Below are positions 39,831-54,199 of a stretch of DNA of 64,000 nucleotides, piece after piece (positions within the stretch are counted from its first letter, which is position 1; each line of letters begins with the position of its first letter). This stretch comes from Lama guanicoe. Lineage: Eukaryota. Location of the stretch: positions 558,026-622,025 of the forward strand of contig MU054220.1 of the NCBI GenBank assembly GCA_013239625.1, written 5' to 3'. The notes beneath the pieces are model-generated. The model searched no databases. It was given only the letters and a program-made list of their open reading frames with translations, and was not told where the DNA came from. The position numbers were made by a program, and so were the translations under genes.

Positions 39831-40662
39831 CCTTGTGTTTGTTTATATTTCTACACCTTTTTAATGCTGCCTAGCATTCCATACAAACCATACCTAGAGT
39901 CCCAGAGATAAGTAATTGGAAGCTTATGTAGAGCTTTTGTCTGCTTCTATGGCCCTCTGACAGATAGTTTTGGAGTTAAATACTTTAAAATGGGTATCAT
40001 TAATTGTATGCCCTCACTGCTCTGATTCTTATGCAATCAATAGCCATTTTCCAGAAAAGATTTAATACTGATAAGAAAATAGAAGCTCTTTCTCTGGCAT
40101 GAGTCAAAAGGGAAACAGTGTCACGCCCCTCCCTGCACTGGAATTATACCACCTTGCTAGTCACGTGACATTCAGGTTTCTTTGAAACACAAGTCCAGCT
40201 AGAAAAAGGGGGCTCTCGCATGATTAGGTTCCAAGTGTAGGGAATAAAATTCCTCATTCAAAAAGTGGATGTTTCTCAGACGTATCTCTCCAGAATACTG
40301 GCTTCTAACACAAAGCCTTTCCATCAGAATTGATAATTCCTGAGAGTGAAAGTAGCCGCTACAAGGCAAGGTCTTAGAACTTTGTGGAAACCTCTTTAAC
40401 TATTCATGTAATGCAAGGTGTAAATGGTTTTTGGTGTTTACATCCCCAGGGCAAGATTCATCATGTTTGGAATGACCTGCTTGAGTGTGTTTCCACCACA
40501 CTTTCTGTCTTCTGCCTACAGGACCAGGGCTGTCTATAGAAAATCATTCATCCATACTAGTCCAAATGAATTCATTCTAAACTCAAATCCCAAGTTTTGA
40601 ATAAAAATATTTGAGGCTTTAGGCGACTGTTTATTTGATATTGAATTATCTGAATAGTCTCT
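39830..40662 (+). other. Orphan paralogous copy of the OR4C46-like upstream/promoter region
   Basis: Colinear with ~56750-57795 (e.g. tctctccagaatac.gcttctaa.acaaagcc, gaactttgt.gaaacctcttt, ttc.aaattattcattctaaa); no OR CDS follows. Confidence 0.8.
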
Positions 40663-40669
40663 TAAAAAT

Positions 40670-42430
40670 AATAAAGAGCCCTGAAACAGACTCACATGAA
40701 TATATTCAACTTTGACAAAAGAGCAAGGGTGCAAAGACAGTGCTTTCAACAAATGGTGCTGAAACAGGTCAAAATCCACTTGCAAAAAAAGAATATTAAT
40801 AGACATTGCACCCTTCATATAACCTAACTCAAAAATGGATCATAGACCTAAATGCAAAATTCAAAACTTAACTCCTAGAAGATAATGGAAGAGAAAGTAG
40901 GGATGACATTGCATATAGCAACGCCTCTTTAGTACCCCAAATGCACAATGCATAAAATAAAAATAATAAACTGGACCTCAGTAAAGTTAAATCTGCTCTG
41001 TGAAAGACAATGTCAAGAGAATGAGAATAAAAGGCAGACTGGGAGAAAATGTTTGCCAAAGATATACGTGATAAAAGATTATTATCAAAAATATACAAAT
41101 CTAAAAAAAAAAAAGACAGACTAACTTACTTACAAAACAGAAACAGCCTCACAGACATAGAAAACAAACTTATGGTTACCAAGGGTGGAAAGGGATAAAC
41201 TGGGAGTTTGAGATTTACAGGTACTAACTAATATACGTAAGATAGATAAACAAGTTCATACTGTATAGCACAGGGAAATATATACAAGATCTTGTGGTAG
41301 CTCACAGCGAAAAAGAACACAACAATGAATATATGTATGTTTGTGTATAACTGAAAAATTGTGCTCTACACTGGAATTTGACACAACATTGTAAACTGAC
41401 TATAACTCAATCAAAAAAATGTAAAAAAAATTAGAGTACTGAAATGCCCTATTGTTGTTGTATTGTTCCCTGTTTCTCCCATCAGTTGTATTAATATCTT
41501 AAATGTATATAGATACTCTGATGTTGGGTGCGTATGTATTTATAACTGTTATGTCTTTTTGATGAATTGATTATTTTATATCTGTGTATGTTATCTTTCT
41601 TTGTCTCTTCTAATCATTTTTGGTTTAAAGACTATTTTGTCTGGTGAAGTATAGCCGTACTTGATTGCTATCATTTGCTGTTTGCATGGAAGACCCTTTT
41701 CTGTGTTTTCACTTTCAGAGTGATTATGTCCCTAAATCTAAACTTAGTCTTTTGTAGACAGCATGTAGTAGAGTCTTGGTTTTTTTGTTCTGTTTTGTTT
41801 TAATCCATTCAGCTACTCTGTAGCTTCAGATTGGGGATTTTAATCCATACACATTTAAAGTATAATCTATAGGTATTTATGTATATGTGTGTGTGTGTGT
41901 GTGTGATCACCATAAAGCTGATATAAATTCTTTTATTGGTACAATAATGTGTTTAAGTTAACACCTTAACATCAATCACATCTACACTTTTATTTCTGTA
42001 CTTGTACACTTTACAATATAGATGTTACAATTTACATTTGTTTATATTATGTCTCAATTAAAATTTTTATTCTTACAGCTTTCTTAAAACTTTTGTCTTT
42101 TAACGTTTACACTAAAATTAAGACATACTTGCATACCACCATTACAGTACTAAAGTATTATATCTTTGTCTTTAATCTAACCATATAAAATAAGTTTCAT
42201 TCTTTCATATGTACTCACATTGTTGTTTAGTGTCTTTTACTGTCAATTTGAAGAAGATTCTTTAGCACTTGTTGTAAAGTATTTCTGGTGATGATAATCT
42301 CCCTCAGCTTTTTTGTGTGTGGATATGTTTGTATGTTCCGTTAATTTTAAAAACCGCATTTTTGTGGGTATTGATTTCTTGATTGGCAATATTTTTCATT
42401 GAACGCCTTCTGCTCTGCAGGGTTTAGATT
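40670..42430. mobile_element. Cluster of L1 fragments (+ strand ORF2 40670-41100; younger + strand 3' end 41100-41430; - strand old L1 41430-42430)
   Basis: ttcaacaaatggtgctg, aaatggatcatagacctaaatg; cacagacatagaaaacaaacttatggttacc...tgtaaactgactataactcaa; antisense ctctgatgttgggtgcgtat. Confidence 0.8.
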
Positions 42431-44339
42431 GAGAAACATAGTAGGGATGATTTAGTGCTCTGGTTAGAAGCAGAGTTGTTTCTGGGTGATCCACTTTCTC
42501 TTTCACAAATGACACTCTTTTTTAAAAAAAATTATTTCTGTTTTTACTACCCTCTCCCCAATTTATTTGTTTTATTCTTTTTCCTTGATGACATTGGTCG
42601 GCCTGAAGTACCCAGCATCTCTGAATTCTTGTTTGTGTAGTTAGTGAGCATGAGGAGAATTAATGTGCTATTCTTAAATAGACAAACCAAAATTTCAGTT
42701 TATTACATATGAGACGGTTCTGACTAGCAAAGTAAGGAAAACTTTAGATGATAATACTCATAACTTACATTATTATTTCTTAAAATATTCCCTTTGAAAT
42801 GTACACAAGAACATTTTTGCCCAGTGTTCTGTGATAAGGTTGCTATCAAATAGGGAGGTCAGGACTGACACTAATTCAGAGTCTTCTCACAGGCAAGCAA
42901 CAGATTATCCCCATCTTTTTACTCAAAGAGGCATCATTAAAAATAAACCAATGTGATATTCTAATATATTTTAATATTTATTGACTGTACTGATTCCATA
43001 GCCTCTAAAAAAGGAATAGAAAAAATAACAACCCCAAGGTGTTTTGAATTACTGTTAAAAAGAAAATATAATGAAACATAAGTGTTGGGAAACATCTTTT
43101 GAAATCAAATAAATATTCTATGAAAACCAGGTATATGACAAGCTATCATTGTTGTTTGGGGACAGAATGCATTCCATTTGTTACAGTTTATTACAGTTTC
43201 AGAGATGGCAGAGTGTAAAAAATTTCACAAATGATTTGGATATAAGGTAGCTTGATGGGACAAGTCCTCACTAAGAGGTATGAGTACTAGAAAGTAAGAA
43301 AAACTAAGCCTGCTTAGAAATTAAAGATTAATGGAGATAATAACCTTCACATGCCTTATGTATAATGTTAGTGTTTTTACCTCTCCAAATGACACATTTT
43401 ATTATAATTTTTATATCTTAATATGTAATTATTACTTCTCATATGTTTAAAAATGATGTAAAAATATTATTTGCAATTGGCACTCTTCAGATGTTTAATT
43501 TGACAAGTTGAATAATTGCTTCTCAGAGAAAATTCAGGGGAAACATGACAATGAGGAGGCTAAAAACTATAGAATGGATGTGAAAGATAATATGCCATGT
43601 ATGTAGGAGGGGAGTTGAAATATTTTGGGTAAAAATCTCCCCTTTTCATCAATAGCTGATCCTTTTTAATCTTTTTCTCTATGCCTTGTCATCTTTCTGT
43701 GTTCCTTCACAAGATTCTGCTCTCTAGTAAGATCTGGAAAGAAGAATAAGTGTATATTAATTTCATGACATTTGAGGCAACCAGATGGAGGAAATAAAAG
43801 CAGTGGGTATTGAGTTTTATTGTGTGAATTTTGAAGTCACAAATGCCAGGCAGCAGGTCACACACCACAAGTTCTCAGGTGAAGCTGCTTTCCAGGACAT
43901 TTTTGAACAGGTAAGTATAAATAATTGGCTTTAGTTGCACAGAGTGAAACATTCAAGGAGGGTAAATTATATTTGGACCTTCGGGGATAAAGAACCTCGA
44001 GACAACCTATTGACCTTCCCGTAAAGAATGGCACACTTTGCTCAAACAAAGTGAGTGTAGGGATTCTCCCAAAGATAGAAGTCTAGTGTAAGTGAATTAT
44101 GGAGGGCTAGTTTGAGAGAGAGTATTTGAGCAGACATGCTTTCCCTGTACAGTTGGCAATAAAACAGAGAAACACAGAAGGATCCAATTAGCATTCTATT
44201 CTCCCTCATTTATGTCTATTCCCTACCTTTCCTATCTTCTTTTCAATTAGGACTTCTATGTCACCATCCCCACACCAAAACATTGTTTGTGTATTGTTGT
44301 TGTTTTGTAAGTTAAGTCATTCTAAAGTTGGCCAGTCTT

Positions 44340-45560
44340 GTTTGAATAGTTGAGGTGAGAACAGTAGCTATTGGAAAATGTGTTCTTTTGTCTCCAGATT
44401 ATTGTAACCCATTTTTTTCTTTCCAGTTGTACTTGACATGTCTTTGCAGACAATTCCTCCCGAGATTTTCTCAAAGAATCTGGATAGCCTGGATAGAGGT
44501 TCATCAGTTTTATTGTTCTTTTCAGAAAATTACCTTTACTTTTGTTGATTTTTTTGGTATTACTTTTCAGTTTACTTGATTTCTCTTCTAGTTTTTTTTT
44601 CTTCCTTCACCTTGATTTGGGCTATATTTGCTCTTTTTACTCTAACTTCCTAATATGGAAATGTAAATTGTTGATTTTATATTTTTAATGCTCATCTCCA
44701 GTATTTACATTTCCTAGAAACACTGTTTTAACTGAATCTCACTAATTTTAATATGATATATTTTATTTAATTTTTAAACATTTTCTACAAGCTTCTTGAT
44801 CTATAGATTATTCATAAATGTATTTTTAATTCCTAAATACAATGATTTTCTTTATATCTCCCTCTTACTGATTTGCAGTTTAATCCTAGTTCATCCCAAA
44901 AAAGTGCACTGTATTATTTCTATTATTTTGAATTTGTTAAGTAAGGTTTGTTTTATGACCCAGAATGTGGTACATCTTGGAGAATGTTTCATGTACACTT
45001 AAGAAAAATATATACTCTGTGGTTTTTGGATGAAATGTTTTTTGGATGCCAATTAGGTCAAATTGCTTAATAGTGCTGTTTTCAAGGAATCTTTAGACTT
45101 AGTGATTTTCTGTTGACTTTCCAACAGTGACTGAGGGAAGGGTGGTGAAGTCTCCAACTATACTTACTGATTACTCTATTTCTCTATAAGATCTAACAAT
45201 TTTGAAAATCTCTTTTTAGTAAAAAATGTCAATTCAGCAAAATATATTTGCAATTCTTCAATGATGTTCTGTGAATCGGTAGATCCTTCCTTTTTATTGC
45301 TGAGGAAGATTTAATTGTATGTATATATCACAATTACCCATCTTTTTATTAATGCACAGTTAGGTTATTTCAGGATTTTGGCTGTTATTTTCACAGCTGC
45401 TGTGAACATTATAGCACAAAGCTTTTGAGAACACATTTCTTCTGGATAGGTGGCTATGAATGAAATTGTTGGAATTTATGTTAAGTGTATGTTTAATTTA
45501 TGCTAACCATCTAGAACATTATCCAAAGTGGATGTACCATTTTAACATTTCTATCAACAA
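44340..45560 (-). mobile_element. Old L1 fragments
   Basis: Antisense L1 motifs (ttttatgacccagaatgtggt, gaagtctccaactata, gctgctgtgaacatt). Confidence 0.7.
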
Positions 45561-45949
45561 TTAAAATTATATCCATAAGCAGACTTTTTCTAACCATACA
45601 CTACTACTCACCTGCTTCAAACTACCATAATCTCTTTTCTAGATTATTACAGTATACGTTTAATATTTCAGAATACACTCTAATTGCTCAAAAAGATATT
45701 CAGAGTTATTCTGTTGAACAGTGCCACAAACACGGAAGTATTTTCTCATTTCATTCCAGACAAAATATCATAATTCCTGTAAAATGACCCTTCCTATTTT
45801 ATTTCTAGTATTCTTTTATTTTCTTTCTTTATCCATGCTGGGCCATTTGATTTCCTTTGTATACACTCAGCACATCCTATTTGCCCTTGCTGTTTCATCT
45901 ACCCAGAACTTTCTCCCTGCAGATAGATTCAAACATTGTTCACATTGAT

Positions 45950-46175
45950 CAGAGTTTGCCAACCCTGGCACTACTGACATTTTCTTTAAGACAGATCATT
46001 GTTATAAGGACTTGTCTCTGGTGTTAAAGGCAGCCCAACAGCAATTTTGATCTCTACACATCAGACGTTAGTAGAAATGCCCATCTCCCATTCTCATGGT
46101 TTTGACAAACAATAATGTGTCTAGACTGCCAACTGTACTCTGTGGGGCAAAATGTTCTCTTGTTGAGAGCCACAA
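45950..46175. mobile_element. MER20-like hAT DNA transposon relic
   Basis: caaccctggcactactgacattt...aatgtgtctagactgccaa...ggggcaaaat...gttgagagccac matches the remembered MER20 layout. Confidence 0.75.
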
Positions 46176-47144
46176 ATTTTGGTCTTAGTTGACAAAAGGC
46201 AGGTAATCACATGAGCTTCCCTTGACCACCCTATTCTGAATATATACATCTTTACCCTGGCATTATCACCATCACGCTCTTCAATTACCTTGCTAAATTT
46301 ATGTTAGTTCAAGGCACTTTTTAAATCCCTGGAATGTTAAATAATCATCTATTTTTTCTTGTCTATCTGTACTACATCATATAGTAAAGTCCACAGTACA
46401 CAAAATATTGTTTTCTCTTTACTACCATATTTTCCACTTCAGAATAATGCATAGCAATAAAAAGGTGGTAGAATTTTCCTATTTCATTTTCATTTGGTAT
46501 ACATTTTTTTCAGGAAAATTTAAAATTTAATTTTAGATGCTAAATTTTCTCAGCTACTTTTGGCATATCAAAATCTTGCCTGAGCCTTTGAACATATAAG
46601 TTTTTCATTTACCTCTTTTAAGGATCTAATATAAATTTAGATAGAATGTATTTGTGGTAAAAATCCAAATTCTTGCTGTTATTGTTGAAGACTTAAGCTA
46701 CTTAAGTATATATATGTATATCTTTTTCTGAAAATGTCCATGAAGGCAGTCTGCAAAAAAGTATTGTAATAAAAGAAAAGACAAAAACTTTTAAAACATA
46801 TAAATATAAAGCATTAAAAACTATCCTGAGGTATATAGATAAAGCCGTTAAAAGCAAATTCTTCCTGATACATAACATCATTCAATTTAATACATGCCAG
46901 TTAAGAATAATACTTTTCAATTTTTTAAAAATAATTTTGCCCACAGAAAATACAGTATTATGTATTCATTAATGATATTTGTATAGCTTGCTGGGAATAA
47001 TTGTAGAGGATTTGAGGGCATTAATATGTAGCTTAATAAAATATATATTTGTAATAATGTACTTATAATAATGAATTGGATAAAATTTCAGATAGAACAT
47101 TTTAAACATAATAAAGAAGAGTTGAGCTTTCTCTTGAATATTTA

Positions 47145-47545
47145 AATTTTAATAGATTTTATTTTTTAGACAAGATTTAAATTTAGAAAAAATTGTGCAA
47201 AAAGCACAGAGATTTCCCATATCTTTACTCTGTCCCCCTCACAATTTCTCAGTTTCAGATATCTTGCCTTAATGTGGTTCGTTTGTTACAATAAATGACC
47301 AGTACTGATAATTTTTAAATAAACAGCATAGTTTTCATCAGAGTTTAGTATTGTGTTGTATAGTTTTATGAGTTTAGACATAATGCATTATGTCATTTAT
47401 CCACCATTAGAAAATTAAACAGAATTGTTTTCCTTTCATAAAATTGCTCTGTGCTCTACCTACTCATATAATTACTCCTCCTTCTGAATCACTGGCCACC
47501 ACTTTTTTTTTTTACTGTTTCCACGGTTTTTTCTTTTCAAGAAAG
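47145..47545 (-). mobile_element. Old L1 3' end
   Basis: atagattttattttttaga...aaaaattgtgcaaaaagcacagagatttcccatat...ctggccaccact. Confidence 0.7.
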
Positions 47546-48463
47546 GAAATTCATACTTCATATCTATGATATAAATAATTATCTCAGGCCTAAATAATCA
47601 GTGGATCACCTCATTCATTGCCGAAACCTATTAACAGTTTGAAATTGAACAAAATCAACTGCTTACACTCTACTTCCAGCCCACGTAAACACATCTCATT
47701 TCATATGGAACAGCTATGTTATACCCTTAATAACCCAGTGTTATTTTTAAAATATCCTAATTGGTATGATTCAAGAGAAACCTTAATACTGCCCCCCAAA
47801 TTCGAAGAAATCAAATTAGAAGCACAAAGTAGATTTTATTAAAGATACTATATTGAGTAGAAACCTAACAGCGAAAACCTTCCTATGATCAAAGAACGAC
47901 CACAGAAGGGTGAGTTTCCATCTGAGAAGAAAGGAGCTGCGTAAACATGTGGTAAGAATTTGGAATAAACAACCCAGGATTAGAAGGGAAATTACTAGAT
48001 TATACATTGTCCCTTATTACATGAAGTTTGTACAGTTATTTGAATCTGGAACTAAACAGGAAGAAAAGTTAAGTTACAGGTCCATGAACAGATAGAATGA
48101 AACAGAAGTGTTTAATAAATAAAAATGTTGGAAAGACATACAAGTTACTAGGTTGTATGTATAAGCATACAGAGTAAGGGTATCTAGGAGCAAAACCCAG
48201 CAGAAGGCAACATGAAGAAGGGCAGGGGACACACTAGATGAAACTGGACTGACACGAGGCAGGCAAAAGAGACACACCCTCTTTATACCCAGGGTTGTCA
48301 TAGAATTGACTGAGTGCTAACCAGTACACATGTGCACATTACTTACAATCCTGAAGGCATAAGAAGTCCTACCTTAAAATAGAATTATATTCCTTTCACA
48401 GTAAAAAGATAAAAGGTTTTCCTAGGTCAATCCAGACTACGAAGAAGAATTGGAAAATTCTGT

Positions 48464-49396
48464 TCATTTTTTGTCATCTGAAATCAACTTCTTCCTCCAT
48501 AACATCCTCATGGCATTTTTCACTTCTGCATTCCTCAGTGTATAAATAAGAGGGTTGAACAATGGTGTTCCAATTGTATAAAACACAGCTATCATCTTAT
48601 CCATGGGGAAGGTGGTTGCAGGGCGTGTGTATATAAATATACAAGGACCAAAGAACAGGATGACCACGATGATGTGAGAGATGCAGGTGGAGAGGGCTTT
48701 TTTCCTCCCTTCAACACTGTGGTTTCTCAGAGAATGCAGGATAACAACATAGGAGAACATTAGCACAACAAAGCTCACTGTGCATATGGCCCCACTGTTG
48801 GACACCAGGAGTAGGTTGGTCACATAGGTATCTGCACAGGCAAGTTTTAACAAAGGCTGCAGGTCACAAAAATAATGATCAATCACATTGGGACCACAGA
48901 AAGGTAGACTTAAGGCCAGAAAAATCTGAGCTGAAGAATGCACACAGGCCCCCACCCAGGCCAGGGCCATCAGCCCACCACAGACTCGATGGCTCATGAT
49001 GGTCATGTAGTGCAGGGGCTTACAGATGGCCACATAGCGGTCAACAGCCATGAGGATAAGGATGAAGATCTCCAGGCAGCTAAAAAAGTGGAAAGTAAAG
49101 ACTTGAATCATGCATTCACTGAAAGAGATCGTGGTCTTCTTCAAAAGAGCATCCACAATCATTCTAGGGGCTATGGAAGTAGAGAAGCAGGTATCAGAAA
49201 AGGACAAGTAGAAAAGGAAGTAGTACATTGGACTCTCAAGTGCCCGGCTGGTCTTGATGGTAGCAATAATTAGCAAGTTACCCAACAATGTCCCCAAATA
49301 GAAAATCAAGAAAATGGCAAACACAATTTTCTTCCTAACAGGATCCTGGGTCAACCCAAGCAGAATGAACTCAGTCACATTATTGTTCAGCAGCAT
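48464..49396 (-). CDS. OR4C16: Olfactory receptor OR4C16-like, intact
   Basis: 310-aa ORF with segments I recall from human OR4C16 ([60 protein letters not shown]); acceptor ttttttacag at ~49439. Confidence 0.85.
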   Translation of the reverse strand: MLLNNNVTEFILLGLTQDPVRKKIVFAIFLIFYLGTLLGNLLIIATIKTSRALESPMYYFLFYLSFSDTCFSTSIAPRMIVDALLKKTTISFSECMIQVFTFHFFSCLEIFILILMAVDRYVAICKPLHYMTIMSHRVCGGLMALAWVGACVHSSAQIFLALSLPFCGPNVIDHYFCDLQPLLKLACADTYVTNLLLVSNSGAICTVSFVVLMFSYVVILHSLRNHSVEGRKKALSTCISHIIVVILFFGPCIFIYTRPATTFPMDKMIAVFYTIGTPLFNPLIYTLRNAEVKNAMRMLWRKKLISDDKK

Positions 49397-51889
49397 GATT
49401 TCATGAATGAAGACAAGGGATGAGTGTCAAATGATTATCTGTAAAAAATAAGGAATTAACTCAGTGTGTTACATGATGTTATGGGTTATTCCTCTCAGGG
49501 GACATTCTACCTGTGATTTCTTAATAACTCTTGTTAACATGTTGTTCTTTAGTTCTTAATAATCACTGCAAAGAGTTACTATGAGTTTCAAATAAGCAGA
49601 AGGTAAAAATTTCCTATAGAAATTTTCAAATAAAAATCCTTATTAGCTTTGATATGATTCTTATTTAACTTTGCCAATTTATTGAATGTAATTAAGAGAT
49701 ATGACTGTTCTTTCTTTAATTCATGTTTCTTATTCAAAAATTTTATGGCACATGTATTCCATCTTCTATCACTTGGGATGTAGGATATATATGGCTGCCT
49801 TTGGAGGTTTATGATATGAGGTCACATCCCACCTTTAACCCAATTAAAATGTCATACATAAACACTTATGTATCACATATTACACACACATATATATATA
49901 TATACATATATATATACACACATATATGTATATATATATATTTAATATGTTCCCACCTCTTCCTTGCACTCATGCTCCAGTTATCAAAGCCTGAGAAATG
50001 AAATAAGAAACACTTACAGTCTTTAGGCAATCTGCTGTTATCATCAAGATTGTGATACTTTGTAAGAGACAAATACTAAGGAACAGAAATACATGCTATT
50101 TCATATTTGACTATTGCAAACACCCCAGTTTCTATTTTTCTTTGTATGCAAAGCACCCTCTAGAGCACTGAGAATCCTTGAAGTTACATTTCTAAATGAA
50201 AGAGGGTGGGCTGTTACTCAAAGACTTGTATTTTTCTCTTAAGCATCTTAGATCTGGGGTGATTTTGAGGGTGGTTGTTTGTCCCCTGGTGGTTGGTGTA
50301 GGACCCGACCATGATTGTATCCCAGTAGAGTTTATATTATTCAGGGACCTGAAAAACCCAAGTCCTTGGAACAGTGCCAAGAAGAAGACAGAAGATGTTC
50401 TTTTAAAATGAGGCAGAACAGATTGTCAGTAGATTCTTCCTTCCCCTCTACTCTTCAAGTGGATAAGCCACACATTTAAAATGGCTAGATTTGAAAAAAT
50501 AAAACAAACAGATCTTCTTTCGATGCGGGGATAGCAGACAAGAGCTGAAGAAAGGCAGACAAGCAAAGCCGGAAAATAGATGAGGGTGGAGTACAGAGTG
50601 CTGGGTGGATCCTTCTATGCTTAAAATGTGCTTTACTGCAGAGGCCATAGTAAGAAGCATTGTTTACTTTGAAGAGTCTCTATCTAACCACCTCTCCTTG
50701 ACTCAGTTCCCTAGATATTCATCTTTAGAAAAAAATCTACACTCACTTTATTTTTTTATAGAGTTTACCATTCTTTGCGGGAAGGTTAATAAGTTGTCCC
50801 ATAATTATTTATTGATTAACAGCCCAAGTAAAAGAGTATATAATTTACCTTCCTTGAGCTCCTCACTTTGTGTAACTGAATCCCATGACTCGGCTTCTCT
50901 GGTCCACAGATACTCTAGAAAAGAGCCTGACCTGAGAATCAAAAGGTCACCATAAAACTCATCACCATGAAACTCACGCTTTCTAAACCTCGTTGCTGAT
51001 CTATATTGACAATTAATATTTATTGTTTTTCCTTCCAAATCTTATTAGATACAGCACAGACACCTGGTGGAGGAACAAGGATAAATAAGATCAAACACAG
51101 AAGAAACTTTTCAGGGACAAATATTGATGAAGAGAAAAGATTTCAATCTAATGTTTTTGGAAACTTTTCTCCCACATATATCACATATTATCTTTCACCT
51201 TAATTGCAGTTTTTAGCCTCCTCATTACCATGTTTCCTCTGAACATACTCTGAGAAGTAGATATTAACATTTTCAGATTAAACCTCTGAAGTGTGCCAAG
51301 TAAAAATTATAAATAAACCTGTGATATTATTGTGGAGGAATACAGGATGTAATAATTCTACACTTTGAGCAGAATATACGGTATTCTTCCCAAAGTGAAC
51401 ACATGAAGATGGAAAATTTGCCATTCGCCAAAAGCTGTGTGAGGGTTATTACCTTCATTAACCTTTTGTTGGCTTTCTAATCACATACAATCTCTTGTAA
51501 CTTCCTAGTATCCAGAACTCAAGTGAGGACATATCTTGCCACATTACCTCACATCAAAATTATTTGTAAACTTTCCTACACTCGGCCATCTCTAGAATTT
51601 GAAATAAACCATAATATGTGAAATATATTGCTCTATTTCTCCACAGCAGTGATGGCTTTTAACATATCTGGTGCTCATAAAAAGATTCAATGAGTTCAAA
51701 AGCTCATTTTTCTCAATATTTGTGTTCTTTCTATTTATTTCCAATATTAACAGTAAATTTCAAATAATAAACTTATTCTTTTCTATTTATTTCTCAGAGC
51801 TATATGGAAACAGTGCATTCAAAGATATGAAAAGACTAGAAAATTATGTTGGGTTATTTTGTAATGATGCCTCTCTGAGTGAAAGACGG

Positions 51890-52200
51890 AGATTCGCTGT
51901 CACGTACCTGTTAGAAGATGCTCTGAAACAGTGCCAGTTCTGACCATCCTTTTTGATAGCAACCTCCTGACAGAACACTGAAAGAAACGTTCTTGTCTGT
52001 ATTCCAGGGGGAATATTTTAATAAATAATGATGTAAGTCATTAGCATCAAAGAGAGAATTATTCCCTATAGTTTCCCTTACTGTGCTAGTCAAAAACACC
52101 TCATACGTAATAAACTTAACATCAGTTTGTCTAATTAGTGTACAGGAATAGCAGGTTAATTTTCCTCAAGCTCATTAACCACATACAAAGATCTGGAGTT
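51890..52200 (-). promoter_or_regulatory. Candidate first exon/promoter for OR4C16
   Basis: Donor cag|gtacgt near 51905; O/E-like tcccctggaat (52001-52011, minus strand); homeodomain-type ctaattag at 52131. Inference. Confidence 0.35.
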
Positions 52201-54199
52201 ATTAGGTGCTTCACACTGACCAAAAGTATCAGGGAAAAAGGAATAAAACAAATGAATGGTAGAAAGAGGGGGTAAAGAACAGAAGTAATAAAAACATCAT
52301 CATTCATAAAAGAGGAAGTGGGTCACCCAGAAACAACTCCACTCTCAACCCTAGATTACCCCTTCCTGTGTTCCTCAGTAGAAACATAGCAGAACAGAAA
52401 AGTGGTATAATACACCCAGAGTTTTGAATGAAAAATATGTCAAGCAAAAACCTAATACACACAGGAAAAAAGTGTCTTTTTTAAATGAAGAGAATCTAAT
52501 TTCCATTTATCTGATATTAACAATGTTGAGCATCTTCACATGTGCCTCTTGGCCATCTGTATATCTAATACATAATTCAGAAATTCTATTGCTGATATAT
52601 ATATCCAGAGAGAGCAAAAAAAAAAAAAGAAAACTAATTTGGAATAATACATGCACCCCAAAGTTTATAGCACCATTATTTATTAGCTGATTAAACTACT
52701 ACTCAAACAGCCAGCAAGCACCAGTGGCAAAAAAATGTGTATTTCTCAGTTTAACGCTTGCTTCCAGTTTAGTAATAGAGGAAATAAAGGATCTAGCACT
52801 TCAGCATTAAGAGTAACAAAACCCAGTATTTTACTAGTTGTCCACCTTAACACTGTGTCCAATGTGGACCAAAATTTAATTAAGCTACCCTGTTTCAACC
52901 CATGTTAGGAGATAGCTGGTCATGTCTCCAATCTCCAACACCTACAAACACAGTCTGGACACTCCTTAGAAATTAGCATCCTCCAATCTTCAGTTCATCT
53001 CTAGTTGTATAACGTGTTCTGTGACAAAGCTTTAATTTTGCTGAAGTACAATATCACTTTTTTTAATACCACAGTTTTAGTACCATATGTAAATATGATT
53101 TTACTGACACAGGTAATGAAAATCACCACCTATGTCTCACTCTAACTTTTGCATAATAATGTCCTAAAACCAATTTTAAATTTCATTTTTACACAGAGTA
53201 ATGTTTAGATAAAATATGTTGTTGTTGGTACATGAAAATTCCCAAAACTTCTTCTGTGTTTTGTTGCAAACTTAGAAAACTGAGACTCGATTGTAATAAA
53301 TTTCAGAGTTGATGAGCGATTCTGCCAATGTAGGGAAAAAATAAACTATCTTTGGATTTAAAGTGAGATTTTATAACCATTTTAGGGTCAGAAACCAAAG
53401 CCACTACGGCCAGGCTTTTACAACATTTACCCACTTCAGTGAGACACATGGGGCAGGACTGTAAGCAAACTGGACCGGTCAGAATTTAGAAGAGTATAAG
53501 GTGCCAGAAGCCCACATGCAATGGGCCTAAAGATTCCAAAGTGAATCCTTTCAAGACAAAATCAGAGTTGAATTCCATTGTAGCTAGGTTGTTTGGAAGA
53601 ATTAAAGGGAGAGCCTGAGGAAAGCATATTTCCATGGAGAATAAGCAGCAGCTTGGAAAAGAACTAATGATAAAGAAGGAAAGAGCCTTCAAGAAAGTTT
53701 GAATACAATAGCAACATTTTTGCAGTTGGAAGAAAAGAAATAACTTTAAGTAAAACATATGATGTCCTGCTCATTGTCAAGATTTAGAAGTGACTATGGA
53801 ATATAGTCAAATTTGTACATGCTATTTCACAAATTTATCATAGAAGATACAATTTGGGGGTCAGAAATACATGCAATTCTTGAAATAAAATGTCAGAGAT
53901 AGTTAAAGAATTTTGGACACATAGAATAGTAACATTATTTGGGAATCCGATCAGAAAGAAACTGTACACGTGAAGAAAGGGAATATTGGCAGATCTTGAC
54001 GATATTCAGTGACTGGAGCCAAGACATGGGCAGGGAAAACAGGGCCTCCAAGGTCCTTTCTTTCTTCTAAGAAAAATGTGAAGTCAGAGCCAGGTTTGTT
54101 CCCAAGGAAAGAGTTTCAGGCAAACCTACATTTACCTTCAGAGAGAAAATAACCAACATTTCCATCTCCATCTCCGTTTCCCCATCAATAGGTGTCCTT

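Noticed and set aside
52495..52690. Tiny inverted L1 pair
   Set aside because: No tail or TSD identifiable; too degraded to interpret.
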